Part shown: piece after piece, positions 26,482-38,500 of the stretch | Numbering within the stretch: the first letter of the stretch is position 1 | Layout: every line of letters starts with the position of its first letter | Translations under genes and position numbers: made by a program | The notes under the pieces: model-generated | Database searches by the model: none | The model's input: only the letters and a program-made list of their open reading frames with translations | What the model was told of the DNA's origin: nothing | Origin: Aplysia californica | Taxonomy: Eukaryota | DNA length: 64,000 nt | Direction: 5' to 3' | Assembly: GCF_000002075.1 (NCBI RefSeq) | Contig: NW_004798385.1 | Coordinates: 71,624-135,623 of the forward strand

Positions 26482-27238
26482 TACAGTTGGGGCGAGCGGA
26501 CGGACGGTTTTGTTACTTGCGGACTCTGTCAGAGCGAACGGGTAACGGACGGCCATGTGAGCGAACTGCGAACCTCAAGAAAGTTCGTTTTTTGGGTCCG
26601 CTCCACAATTTGACTCTCTCAGCAAGCGGACTGCGGACCTCAAGCCTCAAGTCAGTAAGTTTTTTAGGTCCGCTCCACAATTTTATTCACTGAGGGGGCT
26701 GGCGAACGGACGAACTCTAGCAGACAAGATACTCGACGTGAGGTTAGACCCGTCGTCTATCGTTTGTCAATTAGGCCTAATGTTTCAAACCACTAGCGGT
26801 GCCACAGGGAGTGAAAGAGGCTGGTGACGTAGTACTATGAGTGTAACCTTTCACCTCCTGTGTGGGCACACTGTGTACGGTCCAATTATCACAAAGGCCG
26901 GGGGGGGGTAAGAGAAATTTCTGCCATGAACGCCTAGCTACAATGTGGGGCAGGGTGGTGATTTTTTAATTAATTTTTTTTTTTTGGGGGGGGGGGGGGG
27001 GGCTGTAAGTAGTATGCAATGGAAGGAGTCACTCCCCGTCTGTCCGCTCGCTCGAATGCATGGTGTCTCTTCGTCCGCTCGCTGAACAAACTGTTGTCTC
27101 TGTCTGATGTGTGTGTAGCTAGTAGTGAACTTCTCTTCACAAGCGGATGGCTTGTTACCCTTCCGCTCGTTTGCGGGTAGTGCCAGAGAGTAGTTCGTTA
27201 CTCGCGGACGCTAATTTTGCGAGCCTGACCCAACCCTA
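26482..27238. mobile_element. Degenerate hAT-like non-autonomous element
   Basis: TA(C/G)(A/G)GTTGGG termini, many subterminal GCGGAC/GTCCGC/GAGCGA motifs, flanks CTAGAAAC/CTAGAGCC. Confidence 0.5.
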
Positions 27239-28600
27239 CTAGAGCCTTTTCCCACAGCCTACAAGTACAACCATTGCATCATCATTAGATCAGGATCTAG
27301 ATCAAGTCATTACGATTGTCTAGACTAAAAAGAGTTTAAGAGTCTTAAGACAAGATAAAATTATTGCTGCTTATCGGTCTTCCTGCTCTCTATACTAGTT
27401 ACTAGATCTAAATCTAGAAGATCAATTAGGGGCGATAGTTAAGATTCCTGCGTTTAATTCTGATGTGCGTTTTTCATCTGCAATTTACGCTTTTGTCCCT
27501 TGATCTACAATCTTACCCAAACCCTGACCCTATCCCTAACCCTGAAAAATGCACATCGGAATTATTAACAATCGCCCAATTAGGATCTCTAGTCTAGATT
27601 CTATCTCTAGCCTAGATGCCATGGGTAGATCTATATGTCTGCATGGAATGGACTCTACTAACTAGATCTAGATATCTAGATTCTATACATGATACTCATA
27701 CCATTATAACTGATTTATAATAAATTCAAACAAGGACAGTCTGGTCGAGATCCAACTCCAATAGGCCTAGAATCTAAAACTAACTAGATTCTAGATCTAT
27801 TCTAGAACTAGCAAAACTAAAGTTTAAAGGTAAGATTCTCAAAGTCAAAGCTAAAAGTTAGTTTTGTCAAAAGTCAAAGTCAAAAAAGTCATGAACAGTT
27901 CATTTGTCGAGTGACGCCAACTTTTCTCCCAATATCATACCCAAGAAATACGTGAAATCATTATGTCATTCCTCTAGACACAGTCCACAACATCTTGAAC
28001 ATCATTTAGCTCAATGAGTCTCATTCGCATTTGGAGCTTCGAAAACACTGCTGTTGTCCGTTAGTTTGCCATGATGATGTTGACATTAGACATCGACATA
28101 GACATCGAATGAAATAGAAAGTAAGAATTATATTCTATTTCTTTACACAAAAGAGCATTTGAGTAGTGTCTTCGGCTCTGTTGTATTTAGAGATATTCGA
28201 AGTTTCGTTGCATTTTCTTTTAAAAGTAATACATTTTTCTTTCAGGTTGATGAGTGACAAGTTCTGGAATAAGCATAGAAATATCAATTAATGAAAATAT
28301 TAGTTCAATCGTATTTGTACTGTTTTTAGATTTAGAGACTGCCTTTACAGTGTGCTGTCTAGATGTAACCAATACACGTGTGTTGCCTGTGGTTACTGTA
28401 TTACTGTGAATGAAACGAGCCGACCACGCAGGAACTTGTATTGTATTCTTATCAATGCTTTGTCTTTGTTTTTTTAATTAAATTTGTTTGCTTGTTTTTC
28501 AATTAAAAGGAAGACAAAGTGAGAATATACTTTTTAATGGTATACTATTAAAATAGCCTATCACTAAGCTCCGCTCAGTTTGATTGGGGGGGGAGAGAGA

Positions 28601-29112
28601 NNNNNNNNNNNNNNNNNNNNNNNNNNNNNNNNNNNNNNNNNNNNNNNNNNNNNNNNNNNNNNNNNNNNNNNNNNNNNNNNNNNNNNNNNNNNNNNNNNNN
28701 NNNNNNNNNNNNNNNNNNNNNNNNNNNNNNNNNNNNNNNNNNNNNNNNNNNNNNNNNNNNNNNNNNNNNNNNNNNNNNNNNNNNNNNNNNNNNNNNNNNN
28801 NNNNNNNNNNNNNNNNNNNNNNNNNNNNNNNNNNNNNNNNNNNNNNNNNNNNNNNNNNNNNNNNNNNNNNNNNNNNNNNNNNNNNNNNNNNNNNNNNNNN
28901 NNNNNNNNNNNNNNNNNNNNNNNNNNNNNNNNNNNNNNNNNNNNNNNNNNNNNNNNNNNNNNNNNNNNNNNNNNNNNNNNNNNNNNNNNNNNNNNNNNNN
29001 NNNNNNNNNNNNNNNNNNNNNNNNNNNNNNNNNNNNNNNNNNNNNNNNNNNNNNNNNNNNNNNNNNNNNNNNNNNNNNNNNNNNNNNNNNNNNNNNNNNN
29101 NNNNNNNNNNNN
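28601..29112. other. Assembly gap
   Basis: Run of N after a G/GA tract. Confidence 1.
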
Positions 29113-29264
29113 ATTTAAAGTGTCACAAACCGGAGCTGTTGGTACAAATGTAGTAAAAGAAAGAGCCAAGGGGCTCTCTGTCATTGCCTCGTTCCATCTT
29201 GGGTTTTGGTTTGTTCTTTTGTTTGATTTTGTTTATTTTATTTTTGGGGGGGGGGTCTACATTC

Positions 29265-29485
29265 TAAATGTAGTAGGTGTTTTACGCCCTAATCAACACA
29301 ATTTTAGATCATTCAGTAGGCCTAAGCAGGTGGGCTTCTAACTTCGACCTTGCCTACTGTCAGGGCCAACCCGGACTGAGGGAAACAAAATCCGAACAGA
29401 AAGATGCCTGTACAAATGTACCCAATAAAAATTCTTCCCACTCGGAAACCGAACGCGGCTCTCCTGCATGGAACAGTGAAGCTTT
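29265..29485 (-). mobile_element. Third tRNA-derived SINE family (related copies ~21850-22022 and ~61305-61484, both on -)
   Basis: tRNA-like head with B-box-like GTTCG.TTCC; shared internal motifs (CAGAAAGA, TGTCAGGGCCA, GGCTTCT on +); tail ATGATCT..TGTGTTG..GGCGTAAAAC. Confidence 0.55.
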
Positions 29486-29677
29486 TACTTTAGTTTTAGT
29501 ATGAGTTTTGCAGCACTTGCAACACAATTAAGCTTAAGTCATCTATTAAGAAAATATACAGGCCAAAAATTCGAGGTGTTACTCGGGAGTACAGTAACAG
29601 TATATTATAGAAGCAGAGATAAGGTTTATTTTTTAAATTTATTCTTTAATTTTTTTTTTTAAATTGGGGGGCAAATG

Positions 29678-29832
29678 TTTTACTACGGCGCTCGCAACAG
29701 CAAAAGGGCACATGAGCGCACGAGACGCAGTGAGTATATTAACATTACCGGTAGGCCTATGTATTATCAGTTGGGTAGGAATCAATTTTGAATTTTGCCC
29801 GGGTGACGGCTACTCAATAATCTTATCGATTT
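29678..29832 (-). mobile_element. 3' fragment of the MetaSINE-like element
   Basis: Reverse complement contains CACCCGGGCAAAATTCAAAATT and the TTGCGAGCGCCGTA tail. Confidence 0.7.
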
Positions 29833-30256
29833 CAGTTTTTAGAAATAATAAAACCACCAGCCAAAAGTAATCGCCCGTATCTCATTGCAATAAAGACAGA
29901 TGTCAATAAAAGAAAGATAGGCTCTCACAGTCTCAACTATCAGTGTATCTGTGAGGTAGCCTACATGTAATTTGTAATGATTAGGCCCCTCTTTTAGCTT
30001 TAGTGCTTTGGCTTTAGTAGGGTTTTACGGCACTTGCAACACAATAAGGTCTTATAAGTGCCGAAGATTAGACGTGTTACAAGAGAGTAAAGTTGTTCCC
30101 GCATCAGATCAGGACAGTGGGGATTGCCTTGTGTTAGTGAGACAACTTCCTGGGCCTTCGGCATATTGTAGTAGGGTGGCCAGTTCCTTTCCACACAGCC
30201 TTTACTTCCCCAACTCGAAGTCAGGTAGTCTACCCATTACTGCTGTGTGTGTGTGT

Positions 30257-30378
30257 NNNNNNNNNNNNNNNNNNNNNNNNNNNNNNNNNNNNNNNNNNNN
30301 NNNNNNNNNNNNNNNNNNNNNNNNNNNNNNNNNNNNNNNNNNNNNNNNNNNNNNNNNNNNNNNNNNNNNNNNNNNNNN
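30257..30378. other. Assembly gap
   Basis: Run of N after a (GT)n tract. Confidence 1.
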
Positions 30379-30512
30379 AGGTGTTACCACCAGAGAGTAA
30401 TACAAAGAAAAGAAGAAGGAGAGAGATAAGAACGATAGATGTTTGATAGGAAAGAAGAAGTATTTTTTCGAAAAAATATACGTTTATTAATTATTATTAA
30501 TATTTGAATCAA

Positions 30513-30915
30513 AGGGGCGTAAAACTCTCGTGGTCTAAAGGCTAAGGTGTTCGCTTCTTAATCTAGATCTAATTCAATGCGATTCAACTTCATTAGGTTC
30601 GAATTCGAATTTTCTCCTTTCACTTCCTTTCCTGCTGTATTGATCTAAACAATGTTCTGTCGTCTGCTTTCGTCTCCACTTTCTGCCCTCGCCTACTCAA
30701 CTTCTTTCCCCCACTGCAGCCTTTCTACTGTGACTCTTTACTTACTGTTGTCTTTCAGCCACACCCTTAATCTTATGAAAGGTGAGATCTAACACCTACC
30801 CTTCTCGGATAAGGGTGATCAATCTCGAAGGTCCCGCGTGTAAGTTGCGCACGTTAAAGTTCAAGATCCCTTTGTGTTCCAAAATCGAGAGTAGGCTTCG
30901 AGCGCCGTAAAACGG
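30513..30915 (+). mobile_element. Second MetaSINE-like copy with a 3' internal deletion
   Basis: Collinear with 58223-58620 (e.g. CAATGTTCTGTCGTCTGCTTTCGTCTCC), then jumps to GAGCGCCGTAAAAC. Confidence 0.75.
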
Positions 30916-32040
30916 TTAGGCCTACCCCCCCCAATCAAACACCTACAACAAACAGGTGGTCTAAGCGCAAACGGCTAATTTTGGAGCGCTGATTACGAAC
31001 ATAACGTTCGATTTTCTTCCGAATTGAAAATTGAAATAACGTTCGGTTTTCTTCCGAATTGAAAATCAAAATTTTATTTTAGCACTGGCTAAGTCTTTGT
31101 TGACTTTGGCTGACCACACAGCCTGACGAAAATTAATTACATGTAGTAAAATGCCGCATTCCAACCAACCCATCTTTAGAATTTTGTTTAGAAGACTTGT
31201 GTCGTTTTGGTGGACACGTGGACAACAAATAATCGGGCAGTTTCCGGTGTGGTAGACACGCGGCTTAGTCAGCTTAGTAGAGACTTTCAGAGTGGGCAAT
31301 TCTTGCAGTGAACATCACAGACAAGTGCAAGTCGGCCTACGGCAACACTGAGGAATTCCCACTCACAAATTTTAATCCAAATTACTGCCCATAGCATGAG
31401 AATGAGAAGAAAATTGTGCTAGTTTTTGTAATTGATTAATAATGTACAAGTCCTGTTTCAAATGGGTGCTGCAAAAACACATCCTTTGTCTCTAGTCTCG
31501 GCTGTAATTTGTAAAACCGAATCCTTTCCTCAACAATATTTTTCCAGCCAGTACGAGGTGCGAAAAATACAATGTCAAAAAGTTTGAAGCTGTAAATGAA
31601 ATGCCTCTGGTAAGACTAAGGAAGAAGAATTTTAAAAATCTAAATTAGATAAAGACTTCTATTAATTTGCGTTCATCAATCATTGTAGATTTTGTCCTCA
31701 GAAAAATAAGTCTGTAGCAGACAGTTTCATTCCAGGGATGAAGAAGGACCACATGTGTGTGTTGTGTTCTCCTCAGACCCATTACAAATTTTACAGTTTA
31801 CAGTTTCATTCTTATTCTTAGCAACTTAAACCATGTCTATATTTTGATACAATATGTTGTTTAGTACAGATGACTTCCACCCCTTTGTCAGTTTTAAAAA
31901 CTAGACCATCGAGTTGAGTGAGGGTGCCAACTGCCTCCATCCTAACTAGGCTGCCTGTTCAGGTCAGGGCAAACAGGCGGAGTGGGAAGCAACATCTCAG
32001 CACAGACATGACAATGTGGTCGAACTTGCTCTTTTCCTTT

Positions 32041-32790
32041 AGTTTTAGTAAGAGTTTTATGGCACTTGCAACACAATAAGTTCATATAAGTGCCGAAGAT
32101 TAGAAGTATTAGTATTACAAGAGAGTAACAAACACAAAAAGGAGGAGACATTTAATAAGGATGATAGATGTTTGATAGGAAAGAAGGAACAACCACACCA
32201 GAGCACCCGCCAACCACCCACTTGCTCTAATTTCCAAATCCCACCTGTACTGTGTACAAGACAATCACCTGTACAAATGGCCACTTCTAATTTCTCCCAT
32301 TGAGTGTTTTTTTTTTTTAACATTATAATAATGACACTGTAAGATTCAGATGTCCACCTGCCTAAGGCAACCCCTTTTTCTCCTCGACACACAGGATGGC
32401 CGTCTTGGGCAAGTTCGATTCTACTTGAATCGACTTGATAGCAAATTTCCCAACCCGTTGTGCGACAATGAACAGCCTGACCGTTAGACTTAGAAGTTAG
32501 ACCACAGACGCCACAATCTTCAAATCTTCAGTCATGTGTCCGATCAGTAGTTCCACAAACACTTGACAAGTGATTTAGGGTTAAGTAAACTCTACACAAA
32601 TGTTAGTTTTTAAAAATTTTATAGAGGTTTTACGGCACTCGCAACTGCATAAGGTCATATGAGCGCCAGAAGAAAAGAGGTGTTACAAGAGAGTAACAAA
32701 CATAAAAAAGAAGAAGGGGAGAGATAAGGATGATAGATGTTTGATAGGAAAGAAGAAGCAAACCCCACCAGAGCACCCGCCAACCACCCA
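32041..32790 (-). mobile_element. Two ~180-bp headless retroposon copies (32041-32220, 32620-32790)
   Basis: Reverse complement matches the family consensus. Confidence 0.85.
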
Positions 32791-35541
32791 CACACAAATG
32801 TTAGAGTTCGAGTAAAGAGAAAAGCACACCAACACAATATAATGGTCATTTAGTGCTGGAAAAAAAGTAAGGCAGACAGACAGAAACAACAGAGGTAAAG
32901 TTAAAGTAAAGAGGTAGGATCTTCCATTTGAGCTCTCTAACCATTCGCCCATAAGAACGTATTTATAAAGAAACAAGATTAAAATAGACCAGAAAAGAAC
33001 GCAACTGTTAACACGATAATAATGTTCCAATACAGAAAACAAAACAAATGAAGTCATAATATGTTTTCAAGTTCAAGGCATTTTAATGTTTTGCAAGTGT
33101 GTTCATAGTGCGTCAGATGATCTGTGTAGGATTCTTGTCTGTTTGTCATCAGTCATAAAAGGCACCACAAGGACAGAATGATGAGATTTGGCAAAAGAAT
33201 ATGACACAAAAAAAACAAACCAAAAACAAAAACAACAATGAGATGGATATAGACAGTTTTCCTCTTTCAGACAGACTGAACTACAGAGTTTTTAAAAAAT
33301 CACATAGTTTAATAAAAAAAAATGTAAAAAAAACAACAACAAAAACAGAAAATGGCATGCGCCCATAAGGGCAAAAAATAACTTTCATTCATCATATTTA
33401 CATGCACATAATGTGCACAACAGACAACAGACCACGGTCATATAACGAGCAAATGCAAACAGTAAAATATGTCTGTGTGACAGTTGCAGTGTCTAAATAG
33501 GCTTATTTGAATCATGCGCTGCACTCAAAGCCCTTTACGTTTCATTTCTTCCTGGAAACAGGCACAACAACAAGGGGGGGGGGGGGGGGGGGGGGGGGGA
33601 AGGACAGAAAAACAAAGCAAGAAACACAAAATACAACAAGCAATAATTGTCATATATACATATACACCATTGTTCTCAGAACTTGTGCATTTGTGGGGAG
33701 CTTGTACAGAATGAGTAAGTATTGTGATTTCACCATACAAACAAGATGACAGACAGGATGACCAAGAGGAAAGACACACCCCCACCCCTCCCAAAAACAA
33801 TAAAACACCAAGGCTTACCAGAAGCACACGTATCTCCTTTTGGCTATCATTTGAACAAGGGTTACCAAACTGACCCACGGTCCAGTTAATCTGGTCCACC
33901 ACCATGCCGTAATAAAACTTGGAAAGGAAAAAGTGTTTGTAGTGTGCCTAGGACTATTTCAGAAGAATAATACAATTTCATTGAATTCCGCAGTGCAAAT
34001 TTAACTTTCATAAACTTCTAGCTCAGGTATCACGATCTTGCTCAGCTTTAAAGAGATAATTTTTCACTTCACACATTTCCTACAGAAAAAAAGAGACCCG
34101 TTGCTTAATTTGATGGCTTTTTGGCAAAATACATTGTGTGTTGTCTTAAGTTCTTTGTACATTTAGCATTTTTTGTGTATTGATAATTCAATAAGTTGGC
34201 TGTCTTAGTTCTTTATACAGTGTATTGAATTTTAACAAATAGCCACTGGTATCCGGCTTGAGCTCAGCATTGTCTCAGTTATCCGGCCCACTTGGATAAA
34301 AAAAAGTTTGGTAACCCCTGGACAAAACAAACTTGACACACAAATGCAAGTGCAAATGATAATGCAGCCAAACAAAGCACTACGAGGACTGGTTAATTTG
34401 AAGGTACAAAAGCATGACGGCACGATAACAACCATGTAGAGTGAAGAAACAGCAAGATAGAAACATAAGGGAGGGGGAAAAGAAAGGAGAAAGAATCTAC
34501 AAAAGAATTCCCTCCAAACACCTGCGCAAAAAACTGGAAGAGATTCACTACACAGTATGCACATAATCTTATCATCACAGCTGTTTTATAGCAAACACAT
34601 AATCGAGACGACAACAGGAGACAGAAGTAGAAGTCTGAGAGAAAATAGAGAGGAAAGGTCTTGACAAAACATTCCGTGAGAATGAAATAAAATAATGAAA
34701 CGTGAAATGAAAAGAGATTTTGATTTTCAAGACATTAAACAAAACGGACGTAATTTACAGGCGTGGGAAAACAAAAATCCCACGACAGTCAACGATCACA
34801 ACTCATGACACAAAAACCAAAGGCAGGAGGGCAGAAACGAAGTTGTGAACACAACAATCGATGTGCATGAACATTTACGGGCACAACCAAACGAAAAACA
34901 AATAACACAGCACACAGAGGCAGTGGGAAATAGACAGGGGCTGAGTTGAACCGAAGATGAAAACCAGCCAGCTCAACAACAGCCAAGTTTTGTCAGCGTA
35001 GTCCGGACAGCGAGGTGACAACACAACGAAAGGGAGACAAAGGTAGAAAAGAAATAGAGAGAAGAGATATGAATGAGCATCACACTGAACTTGTCAAGTC
35101 TGATAACCTGGGGTGGGGGATGAGGAGGGAGTGAAAAAAAACAACAAAACAAAACCAAAACAACAACAAAAAAGCAAACAAGACAACAACTTTCTTGAGC
35201 ACTTCAAGACATGACCAAAACAAAGTTCATGTCATTCATAAACATACGGCACTTGCAACACAAATAGGTCATACAAGTGCCAAAGATTAGAGGTGTTACC
35301 ACCAGAGAGTAATACAAAGAAAAGAAGGAGGAGAGATATAAGAACGATAGATGTTTGATAGCAAAGAAGGAGCAAAACAACAGAGCACCAGTCAAGCACC
35401 CATCAATGCACGCTTTCTCTCTCTCTTTGCCTGCACAGGTGTACTCTCAAAGACAAATACTTATCCACCCGTATATCACGTGTACACATTACTTCCATAC
35501 AAAAGACAATTTATCTCCCTTTACCAGGCCCGCACCTTTAT

Positions 35542-38500
35542 TCACAAAATTTCTTTCGGGACCGTTCCCGGTGGCAGGTTGCTTATGTCCAGGTCATCGA
35601 AGTACTTGTGCTTCAGAATTTTCTTGGCTGATATTCTCACAGCAGGATCATAGATCAGCATTTCCTGGGGAAATAAAAAAAAAAAAGTTTGATTAATTCA
35701 CCCGCATGTAAAATTATACAAAACTCAATCCTGGCATATATACAATGGCACATGCCCCACTGCTCATTTAGCTCAGTAATAGCTTTGCAACTTAAGTGTC
35801 CCAGTGTTATATAAGAAATGGGAAAAAGTTATATAGATCTCATTATTAAGCGCAGCCTTTTACATTTACAAGATGACGGTGCTCCATGCATATTACTTTC
35901 CTTCATCCCCACCCGGCGACATAGATACATGTCAAAATCATACCTGCCAACATTGCCTGGGCCAAAATCTGTAGTTGGACGCAAATTTTTGTCCAAAAAT
36001 CTGTAGATGACCTAAAAAATCTGTAGTAGGCTATATTACCTCTTGTCGCATACTTAATTTGGGACCCTTATTCATATTTTATTTTGACCCACATCAAATA
36101 TGCATGATTGTGTTTGCGACTTCAAACAAATGTAGAAAATGACAAAGAAAAAAAAAAGACAAAGATGAAAACTACCAGAGGCATTTACCCTATTAGTAGT
36201 TGGTGCAGTTCCTGTCCTATTCATACCTGCACGAACACACACACAAATGAAACCAAAAAACCACAACCCCCCCCCAAAAAAAACCACACAAAAAACAACA
36301 ACAACAAAAAACCAGAAGCAAAGAAGCAAAGATGAAGAAAAGGTGGGCCTTGGATGACTTAGGACTAGCCTTGGCCTTTTGTCTTTGCAGAGTTTACAAG
36401 GAAAGAGTATGACGGATCCCGAGTCCACACAAGGCCTGCACCAACACGCGTTTTGCAGAGAGTTTTCTAGATCTATAGGTTATCAAAAATTTAGAATACT
36501 AAAATTTGCTTCCAAGTTCAGTTTTTGTCCCCTGGCCTGGTGTTGCCTTCAACCCCCCCCTCCCCCGAGCGTATCTTTAAAAAAACAAACAATCCTCCCC
36601 CCATTCCAGAGTCCTATACTATGCAGCGGTCAGACTTTGAATGAACTTTGATGACCCCTACAAGTGCTGGTGCTCACAATGTGATGGAACGCGCAAGTTC
36701 ATTGACCGGTCACAATGGCGAACCCGACAAGACGCTTGTATAACTATAACTTTCTTTTTTCTTTTTTTTTTTTCCACAAGTGACAGCACAGGACAAATAT
36801 TGATTTATCTTCAAGGCGACACAGCGTTTGCCATGCACAGCCTGCATGTTGTTACAATTAATGTTGCGTTATCAAACTACTATCAGCAAATTTCTGGGTG
36901 GTAACGAAAGTGAAAGTATATGTCTTGATTATCCCGATCAAACGTCGGTATCACATCCGCTTGCCACCATAGCCGCCTGTCTGCATGAAGAAACATACTC
37001 TCGAGGGAGCCGAATGAATCACAATCGCGACCGGCAAAAATGAACTTTCGGGCGTTATCGGATTTGGTTTTCAAATATTTGATAACTTTCTCAAATTCCC
37101 GGGGCCTGGCAGTCACCCTGCTGAATCCCGAAGTCGGTGGCTTCATCTCAAAATCGGTGGATCGGTAGTTTGACCCAAAAGTTGGTGATCTACCGATTTT
37201 TTCTGTAGGGTTGGCAGGTATGCAAAATAACTTCCCACTCAACATAGATACATGTCAAAATAACCCTCCACAAGATACACGATAAAATAACTTCCAACTC
37301 AATATAGATACATGACCAAATAACTTCCAACTCAACATAGATACACGAGAAAATTACTTTCCACTCACCAACATAAATACATAATAAAATAACTTCGCCT
37401 TGTTGACCACCTACAGATACATGATAAAAAGAAATCTACCCACAAGGAAATTAAACTCACATCTTCTGAATGCTTCAGCCTACAGCCTTACCATTACATC
37501 ATAGACTCCACCAATCACTTCTAAAGAACTGTTGCAATAGAACTAAGAGCATTCCGACTCATCAGTAATTTTTTTTTTTACAAAGAAAAACAAGCAAAAA
37601 AACCTGGGAATTTGTTTTGTTTCAGATTATCGCTACGTACAGTATTTTCAAATTAACTAACGGAGTTCAGTCTCAGCAATCTCCACTGCATAAGACCACA
37701 GTCATCCAACCGTTTCACAGTGAGGATAAACTCACCTTAAGCAGTTCAAGACCGTCCTCATCCAACTGTTTGACACTGTTGGCAAGCTGGTTGGGATCTG
37801 TCCACTTGGGGAAGGTGTTCTTGTAGTCCTGTAGCTGAGTCACGCCCTTCCACGTCTCCTCAGTCGGGGTCTGCAGGGTTCTGGAAAGGACATACCAACC
37901 GGGAATTTATAGTCAAATTCGTTTAGTTTCAGCAGGTGTTTTATCGCACTTGCAACACAGTAGGTCACATAAATGCAGAAGATTAGAGGTGTTACAAGAG
38001 AGTAACAAACACAAACAACAAGGAGGAGAGGTAAGGACGATAGATATTTGATAGAAAAGAAGAAGCAAACCCCACTAGAGCACCCAACATCCTTCCACTA
38101 ACAGAATTCTCAACAAAAAACAACAAACCCACAGTAAATCATCATATAATGAAATGCACAGAAAGCATATTAACTGGAGCCAAAATCTCACAGATGATCA
38201 ATTAATTTATTAATACAGTAGGGCCTAGCTTTAAGAGGATCACTGTAATATTCCTGTTATAACAGAATCGATAAAAGAATGAAATCATCACATTACATAG
38301 ATTACCCACTGCAAATACCAATTAATGCTCCTTTCTTTTCTAACAATATCCCCCCCCCCCCCAATCTCTATCTCAGGGATGCCACTCAACTTTGTTTTAA
38401 ATAGCTGAAAATCCAAGCGCCACAGTCTCGCTAACATATCAACATATCAATTTGAAACCCAAAGGGAGTACATAGAGAGAAATGACAAACAAACATAAGC

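Noticed and set aside
28564-29341. Long ORFs spanning N runs (also 4550-5002 and 30008-30446)
   Set aside because: Artefacts of assembly gaps; only 4516-4654 is a real exon.
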